DNA of 64,000 nucleotides, from NCBI RefSeq assembly GCF_036321535.1, contig NC_087438.1:113646001-113710000 (forward strand). Direction: 5' to 3'. Below are positions 25,830 through 38,100 of this stretch, piece by piece (position 1 is the stretch's first letter; every line of letters starts with the position of its first letter). The stretch is from Camelus dromedarius (lineage: Eukaryota). Both the position numbers and the translations under genes were made by a program. The notes beneath the pieces were generated by a model that ran no database searches, was not told the origin of the DNA, and saw only the letters and a program-made list of their open reading frames with translations.

Positions 25830-26349
25830 GAGTCCCCCAAGAAAGAATCAGGCATGGCCTTCTTAACAAAAGAGAAGCCATTGTTGGCCCAACTCATTCT
25901 GTGGTCTAAGCCTGACCACAAAGCTTGCCCTTGAACTGGTCTCAGTAATCAATGATCTTAAGGAATGCAGGAACAAAGGAAAAGCTGTCAAGAGACAGTA
26001 GTTCAGATAAAAGAGTCCTAATTCCTCCTCAAAGGATATACCTAACATTCTGATACTTTGGGTTTGTAGGAACTAAGGCCCCACCCAGGTGCTGGATGGA
26101 ATGGTGATGTTGGCCCTCATGATTTCAATCAACTAAAGCTTGGACTCTGTCAGCCACCCAAGCCCCTTCATGAATATGCAGAATATGCTTAAAACTTCCC
26201 TAATTTTGCTGTTTGGAGAGACACTGGGAAAAATCCCGTGTTCTACTTACTTGGTGCAAGTAATAAATCCTTCCTTTACCCATTCTTTGACTTGGTTGTG
26301 TCTTTTGGCTTGACATCCACCAGGAGACGAATCCAGTTTTTAGGTAACA
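25830..26349 (+). mobile_element. Solo ERV1-type LTR (copy B, same family as 23159-23738)
   Basis: Identical blocks tcaatcaactaaagcttggac, caagccccttcatgaatatgca, caagtaataaatccttc; AATAAA 26262-26267; ends ggtaaca; 5' boundary approximate. Confidence 0.75.
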
Positions 26350-26859
26350 CAATGACATACTCCCATGTTACAGGTAAGGAGACTGAGGCCCAGAGCCCAG
26401 ATGTGAACTGGGTGTTAGGTCAGCCTCCAGAACCCCTTTTCTGTCTCTTTGTTTTTAGCTGTTTAGTCTGGCACTATGACCTCAGACAAAACAGTTTATT
26501 TTTCTAGACATCTTTAAACTTTTTGATCAAGGGATAAGAATTAATACTGTCTATATGCCACTGTCATTTTGCTCCCATTTCTCAGAAAAGAAAACTGAGA
26601 CTTGAAGAGGTTGAAGATTGAAATCTGGGCCTGTCTGACCCCCAAATGAGTCCTTTCGACTGAGAACAGCTTCTGCCTAACTGGTTGCACAGGCCCCAAG
26701 GGGCTGTCTAGGTCTCCTCCCCGCCCTTCCCCTGTGTCCAGTATGTTGGCAAGTGGTTTTGATTCATCCTCGAAAATATATCCTGAATCTATCATTTGGG
26801 ATAGGGACAAAAGCTTCTTTGGGGCTACTTTGATCTTTTAAAAGTGCTGATCAAAGGAA

Positions 26860-27390
26860 AAATAAAAAAGGTGCTGATCAGATCTTGCCACACACCCCTT
26901 CTTAGAACCTTGGAAGCTTTCCTAGCTGACGTGGAATAAAATCCCAAACCTTACTTTTCCCACAGGGTACTGTGCCATCTAGCCCCTGCCCATCTCTCTC
27001 CGCTGTCCCCCATTTATGGCCTCACTGCCTTTGCTGCAGCCTCCGTAGCCTCCTTGATCTTCCTCTAACTCACCAGAGCACCACGTTCCCTGCCCTCACC
27101 TGACCTCTTGCCCTTCCTGCAGGTCTTCATATGGGCGATGGGAGTGATGCCTCCCCACCCAGGCTTCTCTGCTCCCCCCCCCCCCCCCCACTTCTTATCA
27201 CAAGCCCTGTTTCCTCTGTCGAGCAGTCCTGGCTACCTGTTAGTCTGCACAAATGGTTTCTCCCACAGGGGAATGTAAACCTCATTCCAGCAGGAATCAT
27301 GTTTGCTCACTCTCTCCTAAATGCCCAGTGCTTAGCCTGGGTCTGACACAGAGTAGATGCTCAACAGGTATCTTGTGAGCTAATGAATCA
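26860..27390 (+). mobile_element. L2 fragment
   Basis: Pyrimidine-rich L2 body ending gacacagagtagatgctcaacagg...aatgaat. Confidence 0.55.
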
Positions 27391-27868
27391 CTGTGCCTGG
27401 ATCTCTGTCCTATCTGTGGGAGATCATGAACTTGACCCAGAACCATTTAACAGACGACAAGCCCTGCCATGTGCCTGGCCCTGTGCCAGCCAGCGGAGCA
27501 GCCACAAAGATATGCCCCATCCTGGGCTGAGCGGACACCCTGGCCCCGCAGGCAGAGATGTATGCACACACAGTAAGGCCAGACAAGGTAGATGTGTCCA
27601 GGTTCTGCTGAAAGCTGTCTGGGCTCAAAGGTAGCTGGAGATGATGCCATGTGGCTCCTGAATCCTACAAGAAATCCTCATTGTCTCTGTACCAGAGCTC
27701 ACCCAGAGCTCACCTCTCACCCAGAGCTCCTTCTGCCTAGACTCTCCTTCTCCCCTGAAGCCCCAACCCTCCCTGGCTCTGATTTATTCTTCATCTAGTT
27801 TCCATCCACATCCCTTCCTCCAGGAGGCCTCCCTGATCCCCCAAGTCCCATCTGGATGATATTTCTTT

Positions 27869-27972
27869 TCTTTCTTTTTTTAATTTTATTTATTTTTAGT
27901 GGAGGTACCGGGGACTGAACCCAGGACCACGTGCATGCTAAGCACGCACTCTACCACTGAGCTATACCTCCC
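27869..27972 (-). mobile_element. tRNA-Ala-derived SINE (Vic-1-like) with TSD
   Basis: Head in reverse; 17-bp TSD ctggaYgRtatttcttt at 27852-27868 and from 27973. Confidence 0.9.
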
Positions 27973-29578
27973 CCTGGACGGTATTTCTTTAGTTGATTCC
28001 ACTCCTAGCACTTGTCACTTTGCCTGTCAGCCTGTTTCCCTGCCTGTCCCTCCACCTCCCTGCCCCCCACCCCCACCCCACAGGGCCAGTTGTTCCAGGG
28101 AAGTGGGGACCTTGACCAGCACCCATTGCAGTGCTAAGCACAAAGTAGGAGCTCGAAAAATATTTGCTTCCTGAGTGAACAAATACATGAACAGAGGACT
28201 TCCTCGGAAGGCAGAATTTCATCTTTCTTGGCCAGGGCAAGAGCCTCCCCACGCCCCCACAGCCATGGCCATTCTGTGTTGGCAGCTGGCCTGGCACCTC
28301 CACCCCACCCTAGGGGCTCTAGTGCCAAGCCCCAAACAGATTCCTTTTCTTTTTAGTTTTTTCTTTACTAAGTCTATGATGGTACACGTTTCAGGAGTTA
28401 CAGAGGGGTATGTGCTGACACGTCTCCCTCCGTCTACTTCTCAGAGGGCCTCCTCTTTGTGGTACCTGCCCCAGGAAGGCCTGCAGCTGCGTTTCCAGGC
28501 CAGGGGCCCACTCCCTGCTGGAAGGGAGAGAGTCAGCTCTGGCATTATTGGCCTCACTCCGTAGCCAGGTGAGGCAGAGATGATGGAGAGGAGATGCGGG
28601 CCAGGATGCCTCAGCCCAGGTTGGAAGATCCCCAGGTTCCAGAGAAGCTGGGGAAGCCCCTGCAGAGAGAACACACAGTGCCCGCTGTTCCCTATTGCAG
28701 GGTCTCTGTTGGGCCTGCTGGCCAAACAGCCTGAGATGCCAGAAGGCTTGACAAAGGATGGGGAGAGGTCCGGGCCCTCAGTTGGAGGGATGTCACGCTA
28801 AGGTGGGACCTGGAGAAGGGACACTCCCAATCTGGCTCATTCTGCCAGTTCTAGCTTCAATCCATCCCCAAAAAGGCCCTCTCTGCCCAAACACATGAAT
28901 CTAGGTAACACTAGATTAAAACAAATGCCAGGAGCACCCAGAAGGTAAACCTGCTGGGGTTGTGGGGAAGAGGAACAGCTAGTTCCCTAATCCCAGGGCT
29001 TTCTGGACCACTGGTGTACCATGGAGCCTCAGGTCTTGTGTGTTTGTTCTTTAATGCAGGATTGAGAACTCCATTTTTCAGCTACCAATGAGTTGCAAGA
29101 GGTGTGGAGGGGCAAGAAAGCTCCCGGTCAAATTCAATTTCCTATTTCCCATCCTACGACAGGGACGGCAGACATTCCCATTCACAGCCACTCCCACACC
29201 CCTTCCTGGTCCAGACTTCATTAGCTAATTATGGTATCTTGTCTGCTAAGCAGCATCCCTGGCCTCCGCCCAGTAGAGGCTGGTGGTACCTTTCCCCCAG
29301 TTATGATAACCAAAAATGTTCCCAGACAGTGACGCATGACCCAAGGAAATAAAACTGCCTCCAGTTGAGAACCACGGGTCTAAGGGGAAATGCTGCAGGA
29401 GCTAAGAGGGTGGCGTGGCGTGGCGGCAGCGGGAACAGGAGGTGGGATGTGGAAGGCAGCAAAGCCTGCCTCCCCCTCCTGGTAAAACTCCACAGTCAGC
29501 TCCTCTTGCTTGCTCCCTGGAGACCCTTTGTCTTTGCTGGAGGCTTCCTTCTGATAAGGCTGCAGTAAACTGCGCACG

Positions 29579-29582
<4 letters not shown>

Positions 29583-29618
<36 letters not shown>

Positions 29619-29630
29619 CGCGTGTGTGTA
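29583..29630. repeat. Compound microsatellite (TG)14(CG)6(TG)3TA
   Basis: Read directly; 48 bp uninterrupted purine-pyrimidine alternation. Confidence 0.95.
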
Positions 29631-30879
29631 GGTGGGGGCAAGGAGAAGGAGAGGGAAGGGAGAGAAGGAGGGAGAGACTGGGAGCAGAATGAGAGAGAGA
29701 CTGCAGGTGCAGGGGGAGAGAAGAGAGCTGTGCCGGCTGGAAGCGCCTCTGGCCCCAGGTCCTCAGCCTCTGAGCACACCAAGACACAGCCCTGTGGGCT
29801 TCTGGCCATGAGTCCTTTGCCCCGCTCTGAATGACCCCAGGGAGATGACTCAGTGGCCATACCCAGGCTGGAAGGGGTGTGAGGGGTGTGGTACCGACCT
29901 GGTCTTGGCTCCCCCAACTCCCAGACAGTCCCCCAGCAGGTCCAGTCCACCACGCTTCTCAGATTCATCAGAACCCCATTCTCCCCGCCCTGGTTTGGCA
30001 TCATCTCTTTGTATCTGGAGACCTGGAGTCACCTCTTGGCTGCCCCCTGCTTCCACCCTCACCCTTCCTATCCTTTATTCCCCAGCAGGCAGAGGAATGA
30101 CCTAGTAACACTGCCCATCAGATCATGCCATCCTTGCCGGAAGCCCTCTGATGACTTCCTCGGCCCCCGGAGTCAAATCCAGACCCCTGACATGCCTTCA
30201 AGTTTACATGGTCCTCATCCCCCTAACTTTTACCTGAAGTTCCCCTGCCTGCTCCCCCCAGGTCCCGTGTCCTCAGCATGAAAGTGCCCTTTGCCAGACA
30301 GGCCTCCTCAGAAACTGGCACCTCGTCCTGTTGTGGGGTCTTCACAACACTTCTGAGCACACGGATGACCTTGTTTCTTTGTTGTCTGCCTCTCGTGGCC
30401 TGGAATCTCAGTTCCTTGCCCGTCTCTAATGTCTTTATCCCCAGGGCGCATGTGGGTGGCACACAGTAGGAGCTCCATAAATACTTACGGAATAGACAGA
30501 CCAGCGGACGGCGAGATGGTCTCAGCTGCCCCTCTCCACACTGCGGCTCTGGGGCTCCTCACAGGCTTTGAGGCCTTTGGCTCAGCCAGGCTCATGGGCA
30601 AGGCCGGCTCAGCCCGCGGTGATGGGGCAGCAGGCGCGGACCGGACAGCCCTGGGAAGGCGAAAGTGGTCACCAGAGGCAAATGCAAGGATGTTTCAGGT
30701 CACAGTGGGGAGGACCCTTGGACGGATTTCCTCATGATGACCCCATGGTTTCAAGAGTCCTTTCCCTCCTTTCAGCAGTCTCTTTGTGCCACTTTTTGAG
30801 AGCGCCTCGTTGTTACTATTATTCAGCTGCCGTATCTCTGAGGAAGAAAACTCCTGGGAGTAGTGGCAGGCCGGCCTGC

Positions 30880-30917
30880 GCCCAGAGACGCCCAGAGACG
30901 CCCAGAGACGCCCAGAG
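30880..30917. repeat. 10-bp tandem repeat (gcccagagac) x3.8
   Basis: Read directly, inside a GC-rich block. Confidence 0.9.
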
Positions 30918-30980
30918 CCGATCGCGGGGAAGGAGTCGCCCCTCCTGCCCTTGGCCCATCCGTCCCAGGCGCGGAGGGCG

Positions 30981-30994
30981 CCGCCAGAGGGCGC
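30981..30994 (+). promoter_or_regulatory. CTCF core motif
   Basis: CCGCCAGAGGGCGC matches the CTCF consensus CC(A/G)(C/G)(C/T)AG(A/G)(G/T)GGC(A/G)(C/G) at every position. Confidence 0.65.
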
Positions 30995-32729
30995 TGCAGG
31001 TCACTGCATCCAGGCGCACCGGCAGCCGGAGGTAGGTGGGGCTGGGGTCTGCCGCCTGTCCCACCCGCTGGGGCTTCTCTCCCCCTCTCCCTTTCTCTCG
31101 GTCCATCTCCCTTTTCCTCTCCCTCTCCCTCTCTCTCTCATTCAGGCCTTCCTGCAAGAAGTGGGGCTGGACATGGCCTTCTTTGTGGAGGGGGCTCCGC
31201 ATCCCCACCCCCAGCCAGTTCCTCTCCAAGCCCGTCACTGCGCAGCCACAGGCCACGTGACCTTCTGAGATGGAAAAGGCTTAGTCGGGGTCTCACTGCC
31301 TTACCTCGCTGAGGGGTAAGCTGAGGCAGTGAAGCACTGTTAAGCCTGGATCCTATCCTGACTCTGTCCCTTATGTGCTGGACCACCTCGAGTGGGTTCC
31401 CTAACCTCTCTGAGCTCAGGCTGCAGACTGGCCAGCCTCTCAGGGCTATGGGGTGACACAGGCAACGTGCTCAGCACTGCGCCTGGTGTCTGGTGTTAGC
31501 CGTTATCATTATGCAAATAGCCTGCCCAAAGCCACCTGTCAAGCCAAGGTGGCAAACCTGGGCCCAGATCACCTAATACTCAGGTCCCTACTCTTGCTGC
31601 TGTAGTGGGCAGAGGCCACCTCTGGCTGCGCCCTTATTTGGAGGAGAGGTCTGTGTAACCAGCTGATGTCACAGGACTGTCCCCAGATGCCTCGCCAGTG
31701 TTTTGTGCTGTAGGCTTCCCTTGGGAATGGCCCCGCCCTTCCTCCTGGCCTGGCCACGCCTGCGCTCCCTTCAAGCCCCGCCCAGAGCTAGGGAGAGCAG
31801 GAGGTGGTCTCCGATGAACCCTCACGGAGGATAGTCGGCCAGGATCTATCACATGCTCTGTCCCGACATTCTACTTCAGGAAATTGAGTCCTACACATGG
31901 CATCTTACAGACGCGAAGTAAGATAACGCACAACATTTTTTGTTTGTAATAACACTAGATCGGACGTAACCTGAACGCCCCTTCAGTAGATGCCTGGTTA
32001 AATACGTTACGGTGGAGTCATAGAATGAAATACAAGACAGCTGCAAAAAACGATGAGGGCCTCTTTGGTATCAACACGAAACATTCTCAAGCTATATTCA
32101 ATAAAAATATCCAAGTGTGACGAAGTGGGGAAATACAGATACAAATATAAATATATACATACTTGCATGTACATGCATCCTGTTGCTCTGAAGGACACAT
32201 ATGAAACTGATGGTTTTGCTTCCCCGGGGTGGGGGTGGGGGGATGGGGTGGTTGGAGGCCTGGGTGTGAGGGGAGATTTTTCTTTGTAGCCCCTTTTGTT
32301 ACTCTTAAATACTGAAATATGTGAACGTGTTACCTGCTTTGAAAATTAATTTTAAAACTGCTTTTAATGAAAGGAAATGGTGGCCAAAGAAAAATTATAT
32401 AACATGATATGATGATACGATGTGATGTATTTGGGTTGGAGAGAATCCAGCTGGGTTTCCACCTCCCCTCTCCATCCCCCTCTTCGTCAGTCTTCCTCCC
32501 CTCCCTCCTCCCTCTCTTCAGGGAGCTGCCTTTTCTGGACCAGTTCACACAGTGAGCTGCCTCTGAGCTCACCCATTTGTTATCTCTTTACTCTGAACTC
32601 ACCCATTTGTCATCTATGTATTCCATGAAGGAGATGTGACTTGTTGGCTGCACAGAAGAGGGGACCTGACTGAGCCTCTGGGGTTGGAAAGATTTTTCTG
32701 AAGAAGTGACTTTTTTCCATTTATTCTTT

Positions 32730-32875
32730 TTTTAAAAATAAATTTTATTAATTTTATTATTTGGGGGGGTAATTAGGTTTATTTACTTATTTATAGGAGG
32801 TACCAGGGAATTGAACCCAGGACTTTGTACATGCTAAGCATGCATTCTACCACTTGAGCTATATTCTCCCCTCCC
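32730..32875 (-). mobile_element. tRNA-Ala-derived SINE (Vic-1-like) with TSD
   Basis: Perfect 16-bp TSD tttccatttattcttt at 32714-32729 and 32876-32891. Confidence 0.9.
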
Positions 32876-34434
32876 TTTCCATTTATTCTTTAACAATCTC
32901 TTAAAAATCTCACACACAAAGAATTCAAACACACAAAAACAGAGAGACCCCCATGCACCCATCCCCCTGCTCCCACCACTAGCGAAGTGGCTCATCCTGA
33001 CTTGTGTCTGCCCCACCCAATTATTTTGAAACAAACCTCGGGCATCTTATTATTTCATATGTAAATACTTCATTATGTATCCCTAAAGGAGAAGGATTCT
33101 TTAAAAAGAAGAGAATCATAACACCATTATCATGCCCTTAGGCGAGGGAGTGACATTTAAGTTGAGAGCAGGCCAAGGAAGTGCAAAGGCCCGAGGCAGA
33201 GGGGGCACGTATATAAGTCTATTCAGGGAATAAAGAGGAGGCCCATGTGGCTGACGCAAAGGAGACAAGGGTGGTGGGCAGCAGCCAGCCCCTCTGGGCC
33301 TTTGTGAGTCGCAGTAAGGAGTCTGGCTTTGAACTTTATCCCCATGGGACTGAGAAGCCCGGAATGGCTTTAGTCAATGTTGAGAGAGGATCTGGTGGGC
33401 TTTGAGAAAAACAGCTCCAGCTGAAGACCTGGGCCTCCCATCGAGCCTGAACTGTGCTTTCCTTGGAGGCTGTGTCTTGTAGGTTGAGTAGTTGTTTATC
33501 TCCTGCAAGATGTTTTAGCATCCGTGTTCCGGTCTGGTGCCAGGAACTCTAGAATCAGGCCAATTGGAGTTCAGATCCCACCTCTGCTCCTTGCAAAGGG
33601 TGTGACTGTGGGGAAATCTCCCTCCTTTTCCAAGCATCCTTTCCCTCATCTGTAGAAAGGCCCACGGAGTCCGTGCTTCAGAGCTCTCTGGGGAGACAGA
33701 GTAAAACTGCACGGAGGAGTCACTGCAACACGCCTTTCCCTCCCTGCTTCCCGCCCTGCCATATTTTCTTTACTGGGAAACACGCTGCAGAGAGTGAAAG
33801 AGAAGCCAAGGGCTCAGGGCTACCCAGGATCGGAGGCCTCATCCTGCTAGCAGCCTTGAGCTCCGGCTTCCTGCTCTCCTTGAAATCCCGTCCTGCGGTT
33901 TACAGCCCCAGGGGTGGGGTTCCCTCTTGGAGCCGGGGAGCAGCTAAGCTTTCCCACTGGCTGTTTGAGGCCAGTGATGTCCCAGGCCTCAAGAAATTAA
34001 AAAAAAAAAAAAAAAAGTGATAGTTTTCCTCCTCCACTGCCAGCAGTGTGATTTTAATCTAGTTATGATAAGGCCTGAGTCTTCTGCCTGGGACCCAAGG
34101 CCTCCCAGTCAAGGACAAGATCCCAGGAATGATTAGATTGCCAGCCTTGGCCAGGATTTGCGGTCTCAGCGAATCTACCCCAGAGGGCCACAGCTGGGGC
34201 AGGTCGGCCCCATCAACTTTCCCTACTATGTATGCACACACATGCAAGCCCCTGGCCCAGGTGGACCCTTGGACCTGAACACGTTCACGCATCTCCTTGT
34301 GTGTATTTCCTTGTGTATATCCACACACACTTACCCACCTGCATGTGCACATATGCACATAAACAGGTGTGCATGTGTAAGCGGACACAGGCACACTTAC
34401 ACACATGCTACCATACACACACCCACAATGCTTA

Positions 34435-34572
34435 ATTTTTTTTTCTTTTTTTTTGCTGGAGGTAATTAGGTTTACTTATTTATTTGATCTTTTCATAGAG
34501 GTACTGGGAATTGAACCCAGGACCTTGTGCATGCTAGGCATACGCTCTACCACTGAGCTATACCCTCCCCCA
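34435..34572 (-). mobile_element. tRNA-Ala-derived SINE (Vic-1-like) with TSD
   Basis: Head in reverse; TSD cacaatScttaa on both sides. Confidence 0.9.
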
Positions 34573-34654
34573 TACTCACAATCCTTAAATCACGCCTGCA
34601 AACAAGAATGTGCACACTCATATACAACCCCCCCCATGTTCAAGACGTACTCCT

Positions 34655-35187
34655 ACTGTCGTAGATCATCGCTGAAGCTGGCTGCTGTGAATTCTTTCCT
34701 TGTCTGCATGTGCGTGCTGTTCCACCAGCAAAAGGTAAATTCTCTTTCCTCCCTCTTGAGTATCTGTGGGAGAAGCAACGTTCTGAGATTTCTGAATCCA
34801 GGCTTTAAGAGGGCTGGCAGCTTTTACTTCCTCCTTGTTGGACTTTGTCAGCTTCCAGGTGAAGAGGTGCAACCGTCCTAAGACTGCCATGCTGTGAGGA
34901 AGCCCAGGCTAGTCATACCCGGAGAGAGAGGAGCCACGCTGAGGGGCATGGCCGTGTCAGGCCTGTGAGGGAAACCTTTGTAGACCTTCCAGCCCAGCCC
35001 AGTTACTAGCGGGATGTAGCTTCATGAGTGAGTGGCTCTGGGTGATGCCATTTGGTGCAGACGCCGGCCTAGCCACACCTTGCCCAAGTTTCTGACCCAT
35101 AGAATGATGGGAAATTATAAAACTTGGCTGTTTTTAGCCACTGCATTTTGGAATGGTGTGTTAGGCAACAATAAGTCATTGCAACAC
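34655..35187 (+). mobile_element. MLT1-type MaLR LTR
   Basis: gccatgctgtgaggaagcccaggcta; tttctgacccatagaatgatg; ttagccactgcattttgg; ends aaca. Confidence 0.7.
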
Positions 35188-38100
35188 CCATACGTATTAC
35201 ATACTCACTTATGTTCATATAGACACAGACTCATGGACACTTACAGACATGCTCTGCACATACCTTTGTACAAGACGCTACAGACTGTCTATCCAACATC
35301 CATCCCCACTTCTCTTCCTTCCTGGCAGAACCCTGTCAGCTGACCGCCCTTCTTCCAAGCAGCTTTGTGTTTTGAAAGGCTGATCCCATCCTCTGCTCCA
35401 GGAGGGAGATCCCGATGAGTCTAAACCAAACTTGGTGGTCTCGCGCCCTTAACAGAGATGGGTTTAGCTTTGGCCATGTTTAGTTCTAGCCAACGAGATG
35501 TTGGGGGAAGTAGGCTTGGGGCTTCTGGGAAAACGTCCTCATTCTTAGGAAAGTCACGCCAGAAACAAAGATGTATTTACCAGTCACTGGATTCCTAGTG
35601 TCTGAGTGTGGGGTATGGAAATGCCGCAGCCATTTTGTGGCCATGAGGATGTGGCATTAGGCGAGTGGAGAGGTGGAAAGAACAGAGGCCCTTAAAGACA
35701 TTATTGATCAAGGCAATCAGTCAATTTGAGAGTCCTCCCTCCTCACTTCTGGAATTCCAGTCATATGAGATAATAAGTTTATTTATTGCTGGGGGGGGGT
35801 TGTTATTTATTATTTGTTTGTTTTTGCTTGTAGTCTAAGGCAGCCAACTAATACCTACTGTCATCTCAGTAAATAAACACTCCCACATCCCAGTGCACAA
35901 ACAAATCCAGGCCATACTCAGATAGTCACAGCTGAGCACTGTGCACTCTGATTTTCACATATACACAGGACATAACCATACTCCGCATGTATACAGAGAA
36001 ACCACAGATCTGTCTCCGTACACACATACACACACATACACATCCTTTCTCACACGTGCACTCAATTCCTGGGTACAATACCACAGACACCAATACACCT
36101 GGGCAGTGTGCCCAGAGGAGCACAGAGACACACACACTGGTCACCCTGATACCAACATGAATTCACCCATTCCTGCCCACGTCTGAATAGCCACAACAAA
36201 CATACTCACAGCTCTGGGGGGCTCCCTGGCTGCAGTGAGAAGCCACTGGCAGAAGCCAAAAGCACCTCATCCGGGGCTGACAGAAGGTTCTGGAGAGAGT
36301 CAGGAAAGAGGGACCTGGAGAACAGAACGTGGCCCTGGAGGCAGGAGGTCACGTCCAGCGTGACCTGAAGATGCGCGGCAGCCCCGCGGTCACGGAGGCT
36401 GAACTCAGCGCGGCACCAAGGAAGGCTGTGGTCATCTTGTCCCCACCTCAGAGTGGAAAGAAAAGCTTCCTCCCAGCCACCCAGCCCCTCCTTTCATGCT
36501 GCCGCGAAACCCACTCTGCCCTCCAAGGGGCTCTTTCGGCTCTTCTTGTAGGCAAACAATTGAATTAGACATTGCACGAGAGTGAATTTTCACCATTGAT
36601 GGCAGAGAGAAAATACAGGTAGAGAGAAAAAAATATATGCAAAGTAGCATTGCGAGCGTGGGGGGGTTCCGAGGATCACGAGGTTGTAGCAGTCAGAGCG
36701 TGACAGAAAATGAGGCTGGGGAGGTGGGCAAGAGCTGCGGCGGGGTTCTGAGTTGACCTCGAAACTCCACAGCCCTGTCTGCTCATGCCCGGGACCCCCG
36801 GTGCCCAGCAACCTTGCACTTATCCCTTCATCTCCCCTCCACCGGTCTTCTCATGGCAAACGCCTAACTCAAACTGATAAGCAAGATGTTCTGGGAGATA
36901 AGGTAGCAATAAGCAAATTTCCTTCCTGGATTGTGTATGTATGTATTTGGACTTTATTCTCTCAAGCCCCCCTCTTTTGTATCTTCCCATAACCCAGAGG
37001 AGTCATCAAGGATATTCTTGTTAAATTCGTTTTTATTTATCCACTGACAATGTAAATTTATCTTTCAGAAAATTTGCATCTCTAAGTTTAGTAAAAAGCA
37101 AGTTCCAAAACAGCACGTGGGGTACGATCCCATTTTGGATAACATGTTGGTATGTATATTTATGTGTGCATCATAATAAGGTCTGGAAGCATATACACAC
37201 CAACTCTACGTTAAACAACAGAGTTACATCTGAGTGATGGCTCCCCCACCCTGCAAAACATCCGAGTGATGAGATTACAGATGATCCTTATAGTTCTTTG
37301 GCTCTGCTGCATTTTTCTGAATTTTATGCAAAAAGCACGTGTTACTTTAATCACTAGGAGAAAATGATTTCCAACTAAAAAAAAAAAAAAAGTAATCTAC
37401 ATTTTTGCCAAAAGTAAGAAGTTGATTGTAAGAAAGTGGGAATAAGGAGAAAATTTCAGGGAGAAGTGGCAAAAGGGGAAATGAAATCGACTTGTGCATG
37501 ACTGATGGAACCTTGCAGGGGTCTTCAGGAGCCCTGACCTGCCCTTACCAAGGGAGCCTTGCCTCTCATCCTCTGAACCAAGGCCCACCAAACAGGCAAA
37601 GAGAATCATAGAAAAAGCTCCCAGTTCAAGGAGTGTCTGATCTAGATGGCAGTCTCAGTCATGTGTATGGGTAAAAACACGCCAGGCAGGAAATGAGAGG
37701 TGAGCAGGAGAGAGAACTCACCTGGGGGTGGGGACATACTGGTTCTGTTCCCAGCTCTGGCACCTGGGGCCTTGGGCAAGTCGTGTCACGTGTGTGAACC
37801 TGTCTCTTATCTATCAAGGAGGTATAATGATAAGATGGGGATGCTGTGATGATCAAATGAGATAAACTATCTGTGACCGCTCTGTGAACTCTTGAGGTGT
37901 GCCATAGGTCACCTTTGCACCTGCTGCAGTGCCTCTGGTGCAAAGGAATCCATCCATCCCTAAGATGGAAATTCAGACCCTAGCCGTAGGCAAGTGGGGT
38001 AGACCATTTCGGGGCAGGGCCACCTTTGGATGGCCCTTAAAAACCCCACCACGCAGACTGCAGCCTGCACAGCTCTGACACTACAGAATATAAAGTCAGG

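Noticed and set aside
23739-25830. Internal region of an intact provirus between LTR A and LTR B
   Set aside because: No primer-binding site, polypurine tract or gag/pol/env similarity; it contains older MIR/MER58 elements and a CpG island
30880-30917. CRISPR-like or minisatellite system
   Set aside because: Contiguous 10-bp units with no spacers, in a mammalian genome
32226-32248. G4 motif GGGG-T-GGGGG-T-GGGGGG-AT-GGGG
   Set aside because: Lies in the G-rich 3' UTR portion of an old L1 relic, where such tracts are common
34230-36220. CA/AC-rich low-complexity stretches (34230-34430, 35200-35290, 35900-36220)
   Set aside because: Degenerate microsatellite-derived sequence; the His/Thr- and Cys/Val-rich ORFs are compositional artefacts
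36280-36330. Remnant of a human IBABP-L coding exon (aag|gttctg...aggaaagagggacctggag)
   Set aside because: Only a few codons loosely resemble the recalled human extension, spacing is not colinear and there is no pyrimidine tract; needs a real alignment
36548-37049. Possible LTR (also 43287-43832)
   Set aside because: TG...CA bounded and LTR-like in composition, but family, orientation and ends could not be supported by eye
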